Of a stretch of 64,000 bases of DNA, positions 44,464-55,444 are shown piece after piece. Numbering within the stretch: the first letter of the stretch is position 1; each line of letters starts with the position of its first letter. Source of the stretch: Nitrosopumilus sp. Lineage in GTDB: Archaea; Thermoproteota; Nitrososphaeria; Nitrososphaerales; Nitrosopumilaceae. The notes beneath the pieces are model-generated. The model was not told where the DNA came from. It worked only from the letters and a program-made list of their open reading frames with translations, and made no database searches. The position numbers and the translations under genes are program-made. Location: the NCBI GenBank assembly GCA_965214775.1, contig OZ243974.1:1760001-1824000 (forward strand), written 5' to 3'.

Positions 44464-46015
44464 GTAAGAGTTTACCCCTCAGGCGACGTTTCCAGTCAGG
44501 GTCTTGGTGACCATCTCACTCACGTTATACCCCTGGGCGCGCCAGTTCATCGTGCATGTCATCAGTACGGTGAACATCTCCATGCCCTCCATGGTACGGA
44601 GTCCCTGGAATATCTTGCGCGCAATTACGGACGGCCTCAGCATGCGCTCGGCTAGGTTGTTGGTGGGCTCCATGCCCGGATACAGCACGAACGTGTACAG
44701 GTATTCTGAGGCATTCTCAAGCTTTGTGGCAAATTTTTTGCAACCTGCCTCCCTGAATGCTACGGCCAGCGCGCGTGTCTCGACTACCAGCATGTCGTGT
44801 TGTTGCTGCCTGACGCCGTTCTTCTTCTCCTCCGGTGGTGGTGGTGGCCCCAGCCCCTTGGCAAAAAGAAATTTTTTCTTGAGGGCCGTATACAGCTCGT
44901 GGGCCTGCCGGGAAGTCTTGCCGGCGTCCTTGGCCTCCCGGAGTATGTGTGCCCAGCACCACTGCCTGATCTTGAATACGACATATACGCCGTACCCATC
45001 AACTGTAACTGGTTTATCATAATATGGAAAGTTCGTATCCACTACGACCCTGGCCCTGCTGGGTGCGGCCAGCGTGTGGACGCCGGTCGTGGAGCCGTCC
45101 TTGTTCTTGCCCACTATTACCCATATGCGGGCCGTCCTGCCGTTGTATGGCATGGCAGTCTCGTCAATGTGCAGATAATCAGAATCCTTGATGGCCTGTT
45201 TGATGCCCTCTACGCTGGGCTTTATTGCCTTGGTGCAGGCCCTCAGGCACTGCAACACGCCTGCCTCTGAGACATCCATGTCCAGGATTTCTGAGCACAT
45301 TGTGGCCGTGGCCTGTATGGAGGCAGGTGCCATGTGCATTGAGGTTATCATTCCCGTAATGTTTGGTCCAAACTCGGTTCCCTGCACGTTCCAGTCCCTG
45401 TCGTCCTCGATTGACACGTGGCCGCAGTCGGCGCATTCGCGCTTGTATGCGGTGTGCTCTGTCGTGACCGGTTTGGGCTTCTTGGGGATCTCAGTCACGG
45501 TCTTTGAGAACAACTTTTCGGGCTTTTTCATGTTGGTGCTGTTGCACTTGTCGCACTTTTTGGGGCAGTGCTTTACAAACTCGGTCGGCTTTCTCTTGTG
45601 TGATACTCCCCTGTGTCCCGGTTTGCGGCCCGGTTTTGCCTTTGCAGATGCCGGTACGTTGCCTGATGCCTTTGCAGCAGCAGTCTTTTTCTTCCTGGTA
45701 GGAATCGAGTTCTGCGAGGAGGGGGTGTGCGGGTTCTCGTAATATTTGATGTGCTACCTGAGCTGCTGGTTTTCTGCCGTCAACAGCACGACCTGTGTTG
45801 CAAGCTCGGCCTTCTCTGTGGCATCTTTGACTACTACCTGCTGCAGATCGGCGATGGTTTTCTCATTCTTTCGGCACTCGGCTATGAGACGTGCAATCTC
45901 GTCGCGCAGTATCTTGACCTCCGAGCCTGATGACATGCATTTTCCTAGGTACTACTATCTTATAGATCGGGTGGTCAGGAAGAATTCACCAAATAGGTAA
46001 GGGGTAAACTCTTAC
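44464..46015 (-). mobile_element. IS66-family element (copy 2; single in-frame TAG)
   Basis: Same IRs as copy 1; ORFs 45754-45936 and 44479-45531 share one frame. Confidence 0.92.
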
Positions 46016-46039
46016 AAAGTCTATTGTGCGGACAGGGTA

Positions 46040-46905
46040 GCTCCGGATATGACCGACCCGGCCTCCTTTCTTTTTCCCTTTCTGTCATCGTGCTAGCTGA
46101 TGGTGGCAACGACTACATCCGTGTTCTTGCACGGTATGATACATCTGACACCGGCCGCATCCAGCTCGGAGATGGCTGCTGCCGAGAAGAACTCGCGGCC
46201 CGGCATAACGACTCCGAGATCGGCGCCTGTGCGGCGTGCAGAATGGATGATCTTGCGCACGAAACGTGCCGTATCCTCAAGGGCCGGCATCTGCAGTACG
46301 CCCAGCACGAGGCAGCAGTGCTCCGCAATGCACTGTATGGTGATGTAACGCTCAAAGACATGCGTTCCGCCCTTCTTCCTGGAGCGGACAAGTTCCCCGC
46401 CGTACTTTTTGTCGTAGCGCGGTATCAGGTGCATGTCTATTGCCGCATCCAGCTTCTGACCCCTTGTGATCATCCCAGTTTCCCTCAGCTGATCCAGCTG
46501 CCGGCCCACGGTTTCTGCAAGGCAGTCTTGGATCTGGCCGGGCTCGGATCTTATGGCGACGCTGCGGATCCACTCGTCGATGGGATTGCGGGCATTCCAG
46601 GAGCCGCTGGCGCGTCACGTACAGACATCGTGCAGCCTGCCACCTGCCCGTTGGACACGGCCGCGCGCGTCAGGCACCTGATAAAGTTGTCTGCAACATA
46701 GATGGCGTTGTGCTTGTCTGATGTCTTGATGCACGGGGCCATGCCGTCGCTGACGGTCTTTAGGATATCTTGATATATGCGCGGGTTGTTAAGCACGTCA
46801 CGTCTCAGTTGGTTCTTTTGGTAAGGCATGAGTACCTTCTGGGACTGCCCTAATTGATCTGTTTCGGTCAAAATGTACCATTTTGGGTTACTTCTGGGAA
46901 GACTG
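46040..46905 (-). pseudogene. truncated, frameshifted ISH3 element
   Basis: Homologous to about 23720-24574; IR ends at 46905. Confidence 0.88.
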
Positions 46906-46948
46906 TTCTTGTAAAAACTGCTTTATAGAGCATTGTCAAAGAGCCATT

Positions 46949-47413
46949 ATGCCGTTGAATGTGGGCGATGTTGCTCCGGGATTTGAGCTTCCGGATACTG
47001 AGTTAAAACTGCGGACTCTGGAAGAATTCAAGGGCAAAAAAACCGTCCTTTCGTTCATAGTTGCAGCAAGTTCCCCGGTATGCGAGGCAGAACTGTGCAC
47101 GTTTAGGGACTCTTGGCAAGAGATCGCAGACTTGGGCGCAAACATTGTCGCCATCAGCAACGACGGGCCTTTTGCAAACAAGGCATTTGCAGAAAAACAC
47201 GGCTTCAATTTTCCGTTGCTTGGAGACTATAACAGCAAGACCATTCAGGACTATGACATTTTGATGAAAGACTTGCTTCACATCAAAGACTACAACGCTG
47301 CAAAACGTTCCGTGTTCATAATTAACGAAGACGGAAAGATCGGATACAAGTGGGTATCCGAAGATCCGTTAAAAGAGCCAAACTATGAAGAGATCAAAGG
47401 CTTCCTCAGGTAG
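46949..47413 (+). CDS. peroxiredoxin (AhpC/TSA)
   Basis: VGDVAPGFEL, SPVCEAELC, AKRSVFII. Confidence 0.9.
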   Translation: MPLNVGDVAPGFELPDTELKLRTLEEFKGKKTVLSFIVAASSPVCEAELCTFRDSWQEIADLGANIVAISNDGPFANKAFAEKHGFNFPLLGDYNSKTIQDYDILMKDLLHIKDYNAAKRSVFIINEDGKIGYKWVSEDPLKEPNYEEIKGFLR

Positions 47414-47428
47414 AAAAAAAATTCCTTT

Positions 47429-47947
47429 TTATTCCAAATTCGCAATTACGTCGCCTTTTGCGACAGTTGCACCCTCTTTGATTTTGAGATTTTTGACATC
47501 GCCGTCTTTGTGAGCCTTGACTGCAACCTGCATCTTCATCGATTCCAGAGTGCAAACGACATCGCCCCTCTTGATTGAATCGCCCTCAACTACTGCAATC
47601 GATACAACCTTGCCAGGGATCTGGCTTTTGAGTGCGGTTTGGGCACCTCCTGGGCCTCCCTCCCCTCCTCCGGAGTTTTTGAAAACAACTTTGTCAAAGT
47701 GGGTGTTCATGTTTAGAGTAAGCGGAACGTTGTCAACTACTAGACTCATCTCGTTTGTCGCAGTTTCAAGATATCTTGCCTTGTGATACCGTTTGTCCAA
47801 AACAAACTCAATTCCTTTGGCGTCCATGCTAAGAATTCTTAGTTGGCATTCCTTGTCGTTAATCTTTATGACATAGTCATTGCTGCCCAGGTTTTTGAGG
47901 ATCTTTCCGTCAAATGGTTTTTCAATGCCAGATATCTTATAATCCAT
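47429..47947 (-). CDS. accB: biotin carboxyl carrier protein
   Basis: ESMKM biotinylation motif. Confidence 0.92.
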   Translation of the reverse strand: MDYKISGIEKPFDGKILKNLGSNDYVIKINDKECQLRILSMDAKGIEFVLDKRYHKARYLETATNEMSLVVDNVPLTLNMNTHFDKVVFKNSGGGEGGPGGAQTALKSQIPGKVVSIAVVEGDSIKRGDVVCTLESMKMQVAVKAHKDGDVKNLKIKEGATVAKGDVIANLE

Positions 47948-47956
47948 TAATCATCA

Positions 47957-49453
47957 TCAATCCAGCTTGCTCTTCCAGGCAACGGCACTACTGCTGCCAT
48001 TTTCGCCGTTTTGAACCCGGCTCTTAAAGTATTCAGAATGAATGATTGCTGCAGCCAAAGCAGCCTCGGCCTTGCCCTCTTTTTCCTTCTCAAGGTCTTC
48101 AGACAGCCTGTCAATCATGTTATAACGCTTCAAAAAGTCAGTTGACAGTTCGCCATTTTTGTATTCCTCAGAGTTCAGAATCGTCTTGTATAGTGGAATT
48201 GACGTCTCAACGCCTTGGACATACATGTCATTTAATGCCGTGAGCATTCTTGTCCGAGATTCCTCAAATGTAGGCCCCCAGGTACAGAGTTTTGCCATCA
48301 GCGAATCGTAAAACGGGGATACGGTACAGCCCGGATAAAGATAGGTGTCGCATCTGACGTTCGGTCCTGCAGGAATTGTCACGTCGGCAACAGGGCCGGT
48401 GGATGGCGCAAAGTCCAAAAAGGTGTCTTCTGCATTGATTCTGCATTCGATGGCATAGCCATTCATCCTTAGATCTTTTTGTTTGAAGGGAAGCGGCTCG
48501 CCATTTGCAATATCGATCTGCAGTTTGACAAAATCCAGTCCCGAGACCATCTCGCTGATCGGATGCTCCACTTGGAGTCTTGCGTTAATCTCAATAAAGT
48601 AAAACTGGCCAGAGTCGGCTCTCAGGAATTCGGCGGTTCCAAGGTTTGTGTAATTTACAGCTTCGGCTGCCCTGACAACCAGTTTGCCAATCTCCTCCCT
48701 TTTTGCCTCGTCAACTACGGGAGACGGGGTTTGCTCGATCAGCTTCTGGTTTCTTCTTTGAATGGAGCACTCCCTTTCAAAGAGGTGTACTGCGTTGCCA
48801 TGGTGGTCTCTGCACATCTGGTATTCAATGTGCCTTGTCTTTTCCAGGAACTTTTCAACAATGATTGCGGATTTTCCTACGGCAGAGATTGATTCAGACG
48901 TTACAGTCTCAAAGCCTTCTCGCAGTTCCTGATCGTTGGTCACCAGTCTGATTCCCCTGCCGCCGCCGCCGTAGACGGATTTGAGGAGGACGGGATAGCC
49001 AATATCATTTGCAATCTTTTCTGCATCCTCTGCAGTACCCACCAGTCCCGGACTTCCCGGAACGGTCGGAACATCTGCCTTTAGCATCGCAGCCTTGCAT
49101 TCCATCTTGTCCCCGCACAGATTCATAGAGTCAGCAGAGGGGCCAATAAAGTTGATCCCGTTTCTCTCGCACAGCCTTGCAAAGTCATCGTTTTCTGAAA
49201 GAAAGCCATAGCCCGGATGAACGGCATCTGCGCCAGATGACAGCATCACTTCAAGAATTTTTTCCTGGTTGAGGTAGGATTTTGCAGGGGCAGCCTCGCC
49301 AATATGATAGGATTCGCCTGCCTTCTTTACATGCAGCGAGTTATAGTCCTCATCAGAATATACTGCAACGGTCTTGATTCCTAACGCGTTGCATGTCCGG
49401 ATGACTCGAAGTGCAATTTCCCCCCTGTTGGCAATCAGTACCTTCTCAATCAT
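47957..49453 (-). CDS. accC: acetyl/propionyl-CoA carboxylase, biotin carboxylase subunit
   Basis: ANRGEIA, HPGYGFLSEN, RLQVEH. Confidence 0.96.
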   Translation of the reverse strand: MIEKVLIANRGEIALRVIRTCNALGIKTVAVYSDEDYNSLHVKKAGESYHIGEAAPAKSYLNQEKILEVMLSSGADAVHPGYGFLSENDDFARLCERNGINFIGPSADSMNLCGDKMECKAAMLKADVPTVPGSPGLVGTAEDAEKIANDIGYPVLLKSVYGGGGRGIRLVTNDQELREGFETVTSESISAVGKSAIIVEKFLEKTRHIEYQMCRDHHGNAVHLFERECSIQRRNQKLIEQTPSPVVDEAKREEIGKLVVRAAEAVNYTNLGTAEFLRADSGQFYFIEINARLQVEHPISEMVSGLDFVKLQIDIANGEPLPFKQKDLRMNGYAIECRINAEDTFLDFAPSTGPVADVTIPAGPNVRCDTYLYPGCTVSPFYDSLMAKLCTWGPTFEESRTRMLTALNDMYVQGVETSIPLYKTILNSEEYKNGELSTDFLKRYNMIDRLSEDLEKEKEGKAEAALAAAIIHSEYFKSRVQNGENGSSSAVAWKSKLD

Positions 49454-49459
49454 GGTCAG

Positions 49460-51007
49460 TCACAAATTGATGTTTCCGTGCTTTCTTGGGAGCTGTTTTT
49501 CTCTCTTGTTTGCAAGCATCCTTAGCGCCTTGATCAGCATCGGCCTGGTTTCTGCAGGATTGATGACATTATCAACTGTTCCGTGAGATGCTGCAACATA
49601 CGGATTTTCAAACTTTTCGGTAAATTCGTCCATCAGCTGCTTCTTAAGGGCCTCAGGATCATCAGCAGATGCAATCTCCTTACGATTCATGATTTTTACA
49701 GCTGCCTCGCCACCTAGTACCGCACAGCGTGCAGTTGGCCAAGCATAGTTGATGTCGGTTCTGAGGTTCTTGCTTCCCATAGCGATGTAGGCACCGCCAT
49801 ATGCCTTTCCAATTACAAGCGTTATCTTTGGAACAGTCGCCTCACAGTATGCATACAGCAGTTTGCTGCCATGTCTGATGATTCCATTATGCTCCTGGTT
49901 GGAGCCTGGCATGTAGCCTGGCGTGTCTACCAGCGTAACAATAGGAATGTTAAAGGAGTCGCAAAATCTGATGAAACGCGCTGCCTTGTTAGACGAGTCA
50001 ATATCAAGTGCGCCTGCAAGGTGCATCGGATTGTTTGCAACGATTCCGACTGCCTGTCCATCCATTCTTCCATAACCTACAACAATATTTGGCGCAAACA
50101 ACTCGTGCACCTCAAAGAATTCGTGGTTGTCAACAATCGAGTCGATTACCTCCTTCATGTCATAAGGCTGCAGCGGGTTTTCCGGAATGATGCCAATCAG
50201 GCTGCTGTCCAGCCTGTCCGGATCATCGCCGGTTGCGGTTTTTGGCGGCTCTTGAGAGTTGTTTTGCGGTATAAACGAGATCAGTTTTTTAATTTGATCC
50301 ATGCATTCGTATTCATTTTGTGCAACAAGATGCGCAACTCCGCTTTTTGAACCGTGGGCCATCGCACCGCCAAGGTCCTCAAATGAAATCTCTTCTCCCA
50401 AGACAGTCTTTACAACATCAGGGCCTGTTACAAACATGGTACCGGCCTTTTGGACCATTACAACAAAGTCCGTCATGGCCGGCGAATAGACAGAACCGCC
50501 TGCAGAGGGGCCAATGCTGGCCGTGATTTGCGGAACGACGCCTGACGCTAGCTGGTTATGATAAAAAATGTCTGCAAACCCGTCAAGGCTCATAATTCCC
50601 TCTTGAATTCTTGCGCCACCAGAGTCCATAATTCCCACAATCGGACAGCCGGTTCTAACTGCATGATCCATCAGTTTGGTAATTTTTTTGGCGCCCATCT
50701 TGCTGAGTGTTCCACCAAGTACAGTAAAATCATAGGCAAACACGAAAATCTGTCTTCCGTTCACCGCTCCGTAACCGCCAACCACCCCATCTGTAAAGAA
50801 TTTCTTTTTTTGCATGCCGTATTCGTAATAGTGGTGCGTAACCAGCGGATCTATTTCGGTAAACGTTCCCTCGTCCAGCAAAAGACCGATTCGCTCTCTG
50901 GCAGTTAGCTTGCCCTTATCATGCTGGGCCTTGATTCTGTCCTGGCCGCCGCCTTGAAGGGCAGCGTCATATTTCTCAGAGTAGTCCTCAAGTTTCTCAG
51001 AATGCAT
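49460..51007 (-). CDS. pccB: acetyl/propionyl-CoA carboxylase, carboxyltransferase subunit
   Basis: GGARIQEG, GKAYGGAY, KHGNINL. Confidence 0.96.
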   Translation of the reverse strand: MHSEKLEDYSEKYDAALQGGGQDRIKAQHDKGKLTARERIGLLLDEGTFTEIDPLVTHHYYEYGMQKKKFFTDGVVGGYGAVNGRQIFVFAYDFTVLGGTLSKMGAKKITKLMDHAVRTGCPIVGIMDSGGARIQEGIMSLDGFADIFYHNQLASGVVPQITASIGPSAGGSVYSPAMTDFVVMVQKAGTMFVTGPDVVKTVLGEEISFEDLGGAMAHGSKSGVAHLVAQNEYECMDQIKKLISFIPQNNSQEPPKTATGDDPDRLDSSLIGIIPENPLQPYDMKEVIDSIVDNHEFFEVHELFAPNIVVGYGRMDGQAVGIVANNPMHLAGALDIDSSNKAARFIRFCDSFNIPIVTLVDTPGYMPGSNQEHNGIIRHGSKLLYAYCEATVPKITLVIGKAYGGAYIAMGSKNLRTDINYAWPTARCAVLGGEAAVKIMNRKEIASADDPEALKKQLMDEFTEKFENPYVAASHGTVDNVINPAETRPMLIKALRMLANKREKQLPRKHGNINL

Positions 51008-51055
51008 GCCCGTAATCATGGGTTTTGCTTTCCTATATTAATTTAGTTTGCATGA

Positions 51056-51430
51056 CAGTCTTCCCAAAAGTACGTGATTCATGACTGTGCAAGATGGCGG
51101 CGGGCGAATCTGCAGCATCATAATTTGATTTGTTTCAAATCCAAGGCCGTTTCCTGGGTTACTTCTAGGAAGAAGGAAGTGCCGTCTGCCAGCCATCACC
51201 TGCTGCCTGCACGACGCCAGTCTTTCATGTACAAAAAATGTAATGGTGATGCAGCGGATCTGTCACAGTAGATGCGGAAGGATCAAAAAGTTCTGGGCAA
51301 AAAGTTTCCTAGGCGGTTTAAAGAGGATCCGATGTTGTACCCGAAGATCAGGTGTCATTGAGGAGTTCTGGCACCAAGCAAAGCGGGATGTCCTTGTCTC
51401 CGAGTACTATGCAACATTCGAGGAGATGTG
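51056..51430. mobile_element. degenerate MITE B, a MITE C end and an IS630 C-terminal fragment
   Basis: CAGTCTTCCC end; IEEFWHQAKRDVLVSEYYATFEEM. Confidence 0.6.
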
Positions 51431-51605
51431 ATACGCGCTGTCCGAGTACCTGGGAACTGCCAGCTTCAACCATGATGTTATGGCGTTTCTTGGGGCAAAC
51501 CCGAATGGATTAAAAACTTCCAAGCGTCGCCATAGTATAGCAAAGTATCCAGTGTTTTTTCTTATTTTTAATGTTTATATCATAATACGCTGGATATTAT
51601 GTATA

Positions 51606-52466
51606 ATGGTATCAGTATTCAAACGTAAAAAAGGTAAAAAAACATACTATGTTTTGATACACAACGCGGGAAAACATCAACATGAAAAATATCTGGGCAA
51701 AGAGATTCCCGAACACATCAAGGAAATCAAAAAGGCATTTCTCTTAGAAATAATGTGCAAAGAGTGGAAAGAAAAAATTGAAAAAATAAAAAAGACATAC
51801 CAGAAACAATCAAAGAAAACAATTGCAGAGCATTTGAAAGAATTTTCACTAGGATTCACTCATGATTCGCAGAAAATAGAAGGCTCCACGCTAACAAAAA
51901 AAGAAACTTTTAACTTGTTAAGATTCTCATTGACTCCAAGTCAAAAACCTGAAGAAGACATGGTAGAGGCTCAAAAACACCACAAAGTTTTTCTCAAAAT
52001 AATAAAGAGCCACCCAACATTATCAGAAAAAACTATCCTTGTATGGCATAAAGAAATGTTTAAAAAAACAAAACCAGAGTTTGCAGGAAAGCTAAGAACT
52101 AATGCAGTATATGTAACAAACAGTGAGTCAACATTCCCACATTGGAAATTTGTGCCGCAATTTGTAAAGCAGTTTTTCAAAGAATATAAAGAGCTGAAAA
52201 AAGAAACAGAGCCAATTGAGTTAGCTGGATTGCTACATTTCAGATTTGTGAGCATACACCCTTTTGGAGATGGCAACGGTAGAATTTCAAGAATGATAAT
52301 GAACTACGTATTGACTGAAAACAATTGCCCACCATTAAACATCAAGTACACAGATAGAGAACAGTACTACAAAGCATTAGAAAAAGGCCAAGTGGGTGAA
52401 GATGAAATGATTTTCCTGAAATGGTTCATGAGATATTACATCAGAACAAACAAGAAATATCAATAA
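51606..52466 (+). CDS. Fic family protein
   Basis: HPFGDGNGRISR; SQKIEG inhibitory-like motif. Confidence 0.92.
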   Translation: MVSVFKRKKGKKTYYVLIHNAGKHQHEKYLGKEIPEHIKEIKKAFLLEIMCKEWKEKIEKIKKTYQKQSKKTIAEHLKEFSLGFTHDSQKIEGSTLTKKETFNLLRFSLTPSQKPEEDMVEAQKHHKVFLKIIKSHPTLSEKTILVWHKEMFKKTKPEFAGKLRTNAVYVTNSESTFPHWKFVPQFVKQFFKEYKELKKETEPIELAGLLHFRFVSIHPFGDGNGRISRMIMNYVLTENNCPPLNIKYTDREQYYKALEKGQVGEDEMIFLKWFMRYYIRTNKKYQ

Positions 52467-52536
52467 AATTACTTTGCTGAAGGTAAAAAACGAGCCCTGA
52501 TTTTTTTAAAATTACATTGTTTTTCAGCCCTCTATG

Positions 52537-53816
52537 GGGGTTGTAGCCTAATTAGATAATTTGGCCTAATTTTCTTAATCCCTGCACATATTGATCAGTC
52601 AGATGTGGGTTTTCTAATAAAGAAACACAAAAGACACGAGGAGTATTTCAAGTACTGCCATGCTGCCCACACCCAAGAAGATGGGTTTCTCCTATCCAAT
52701 ATAGTTTCTTTGATCAATAGTTTGTTGCATAACTCGATTTTTTACTTGAATTCGTCCTAAATGATAAATCTGGATAAAAATCATAGTTGATTTTGGATCT
52801 ATTTATGATCGAGATCAGGAATTTTTTGACGAAAAAGGAAGTTATGCAACAAACTATTGATCAAGGAGAACCCGTGTCCTGTCCAGCAGGCCAATTCGGG
52901 GCCAGGACGTCCCACGATCCACAACAGGGACAAATTTGCCTGCCTGTGCATCTTGATGGTATGCTGGAACAAGCCATACCGCGACATGCAGAACCTTGCA
53001 GGGAGCCTGAAGCTGCCCTGGGACGAGCCCATACCGGATCACAATACCCTCGGCAGGTTCATGCAAAAGATTCCCCACAAGTGACTGGAGGAGATTGTGG
53101 CAGAGACTGCGCAAAGGTGCCTTGCCGGGTATGACCCCTCGACGCTCATGCTTGCAGCCGACAGCACCGGCGCCGTTACAGACAGAAACGACAAGGCCGA
53201 AAAGAGAAAGGATCTGGTGCCCAAGACCGGCAAAAAGGCCGAAATTACGCACGAATCGGGCGCAAAAAAGGCCGAAAGGATCAGAAAGGCCAAGCCCTAC
53301 AAAAAGTACATCAAATGGCACGTGGCAGCAGTCACGGGCCTGCAGGTCATACTGGCCTGCCGCATCACATCAGACAAGATGGCAGACACCACCATCCTAG
53401 AAGATCTCCTCAAGGGGATCAAGAGGATCGGCATCGGGTTCTCCGGCAGCATCTTCAATGCAGACAAGGGATATGACTCAGAGAAGAACGTAAGGCTCAT
53501 CATGGAATACGGAATGAAACCCAACATCAAGCAGAGGTCAAACGCAGTCAACGCCAAAACAAAGTACAGGAAAAAGGCAGCCGAGATGTTTGACGCCGAG
53601 GCCTACAAGAAGCGCTCGCTGATCGAGGGCATCTTCGGCGCAGAGGAGACAGAAGGCCACAGGCTGATGTGCAGGTTCAGAAAAGCAAACACCCGCAGGA
53701 GGTTCGGTCTGTGTAAGGCCATAGGATGGAACCTTGAGGTGTTAAACAGGATGGAGTGTGCCGCAAGGATTGGTGTGCCGGTGGAGGCAGCCTGAGGTGA
53801 ATTAGGTGACAACCCC
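52537..53816 (+). mobile_element. IS5-family element; transposase (GTG 52605 to 53795) disrupted by a MITE and TGA at 53082
   Basis: IR GGGGTTGT(AG/CA)CCTAATT; ADSTG, ADKGYD, YKKRSLIE. Confidence 0.88.
52718..52856. mobile_element. MITE family I
   Basis: IR TAGTTTGTTGCATAACT; 8-bp TSD TTGATCAA; same ends as the IS at 58605-60063. Confidence 0.92.
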
Positions 53817-53827
53817 GGTTTGTGGTG

Positions 53828-54379
53828 CTAGATGCCTATGCGTAAGCTGTCTGTGATGTAGATCAGATTGGTTCCATCCACCGTGTAGACTGCGGTTATC
53901 GTATACACAGCACCAGCCGCCACTCCGGAATGTCCACCCAGAACACCGCTGAATTGAGATGATGAGTTCTCAGCTACCGTGATCCCTCCTGCCGTATTTA
54001 GGCTTTCAACATCACCCTCCAATGGATGGTCGACGTTGCTGCCATCATCATAAGTTCTAGCAATTCCATCAAAGGTGGTCGGTGTAAAGTTATCATTGGG
54101 ATCAAGAGGATCAGCATACAGTATCTCATTTCCAACAAGTCCATCCAAGGTAACCACCAACACACGAATATCTTGACTGCCCGTGTTTTTTACCGTGGCC
54201 TCGGCTACCAATTGAGTCGGAAGACCCTGCGTGGCAGTGCCCTCTATGAACACGGTCTCTGCCGCGCCCTCTCCTGCAAGGTCGCCCAGCACTCCTCCTG
54301 CGATTAGTGCACCGGCACCTCCGGCGATGACGACAACAACCCCGATCCATACGACGTTTTCTTTCGTTACCTGTACCAT
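53828..54379 (-). CDS. membrane-anchored beta-rich (pilin-like?) protein
   Basis: MVQVTKE, hydrophobic helix, VKNTG motif. Confidence 0.55.
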   Translation of the reverse strand: MVQVTKENVVWIGVVVVIAGGAGALIAGGVLGDLAGEGAAETVFIEGTATQGLPTQLVAEATVKNTGSQDIRVLVVTLDGLVGNEILYADPLDPNDNFTPTTFDGIARTYDDGSNVDHPLEGDVESLNTAGGITVAENSSSQFSGVLGGHSGVAAGAVYTITAVYTVDGTNLIYITDSLRIGI

Positions 54380-54510
54380 TGAACCTGCAAATTCGTTTTG
54401 CATATAAACACGCAAATTGACTGCATGTGTCGGATTGTATTGCAATGTGAAACGGAATTGAGACCACGGATCATTGCGCGGTTAAATTGTTGGATGTATC
54501 GTGATGGTGA

Positions 54511-54708
54511 ATGTGTGATAATCGCTTAAGAAATGCATGGAGAGTGGTGGTTGCTGGAGTTGCAGTCCTGTCTCTAGGCGCCATTTCATTCTTGTTTTTT
54601 GGCGAAGGGCTGACATTAGAAAAACTTGGTACGGTTGGTATAGTATATGGCGTAGTTCTTCTTAACATCGGCATAGCAGTAATGGTTTCAAAATCCCCCA
54701 ATCGCTAA
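54511..54708 (+). CDS. small two-TM protein
   Basis: Paralogue at about 56305-56541. Confidence 0.55.
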   Translation: MCDNRLRNAWRVVVAGVAVLSLGAISFLFFGEGLTLEKLGTVGIVYGVVLLNIGIAVMVSKSPNR

Positions 54709-54805
54709 AACCGTGGTGACCCGGCCACACGTGGCCACGCTTCCTGAATGCCGCCTGTTCGCCCGGCCGCATTCATGAGCCGCAGGCAGGATCCAACAAA
54801 CCCCG

Positions 54806-55396
54806 CTATGATCCTTCCAGGTCTTCAATTGCCTTGATCATCTCCTCGATTGGTGGATTCTGGCCCAGTTGTATACATCTAAGGTCGTTCTCCTCACACC
54901 CTACCGCGTTTTCCCTGTCTTCTGTGACCAGAATCATTCCGTGCTTCTCGGCGTATTTCAGGACAGAAAAGTCGGATCTGAGAGGGAGCCCCTTGAAGCG
55001 TAACTTTCTCACGCTCTGCACCTCATATCCCCGCTCTGCCAGCCTCGAATCATACCCGTCGTACATCTCGTCTACCAAGATTGCCGTCTTTGACGTTCTG
55101 GCCGGCCCTTGCCTTACCTTTATTTTGAAACCGGCTATAGTTGCCACGACCGTAGTGAATACAATGATGGCTGTGCCGATTGTGACCTGACCCCATCCCC
55201 ACTCCCTGATGGCTTCAGAAAGGTTCTGCGCGTTGCCGGTATCCGTCGTCCCTGTATGGCCGATTCCCAGCCCTGCACTGAACAGTTCCAGAGAAAACCC
55301 GTTGGCAGTCATGACCGCCCCAAACGCAACCAAGGCAGTCGCTATCACCTGCAGGATGACGAGATGCTTCTGGAACCGTTGCTCTGCTTCATTCAT
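54806..55396 (-). CDS. two-TM protein fused to a DUF5615/Mut7-C PIN-like domain
   Basis: ILVDEM...SDFSVLKYA...ILVTED. Confidence 0.75.
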   Translation of the reverse strand: MNEAEQRFQKHLVILQVIATALVAFGAVMTANGFSLELFSAGLGIGHTGTTDTGNAQNLSEAIREWGWGQVTIGTAIIVFTTVVATIAGFKIKVRQGPARTSKTAILVDEMYDGYDSRLAERGYEVQSVRKLRFKGLPLRSDFSVLKYAEKHGMILVTEDRENAVGCEENDLRCIQLGQNPPIEEMIKAIEDLEGS

Positions 55397-55444
55397 GGCC
55401 TAACCACGTACCCATGTCTATTTTAACGTGGTTTGGCAGGCGGC

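Noticed and set aside
41750-45756. Genome-wide amber recoding (pyrrolysine)
   Set aside because: Core genes (GGPPS, FAH, peroxiredoxin) end normally in TAG, and no pyl genes are in the window.
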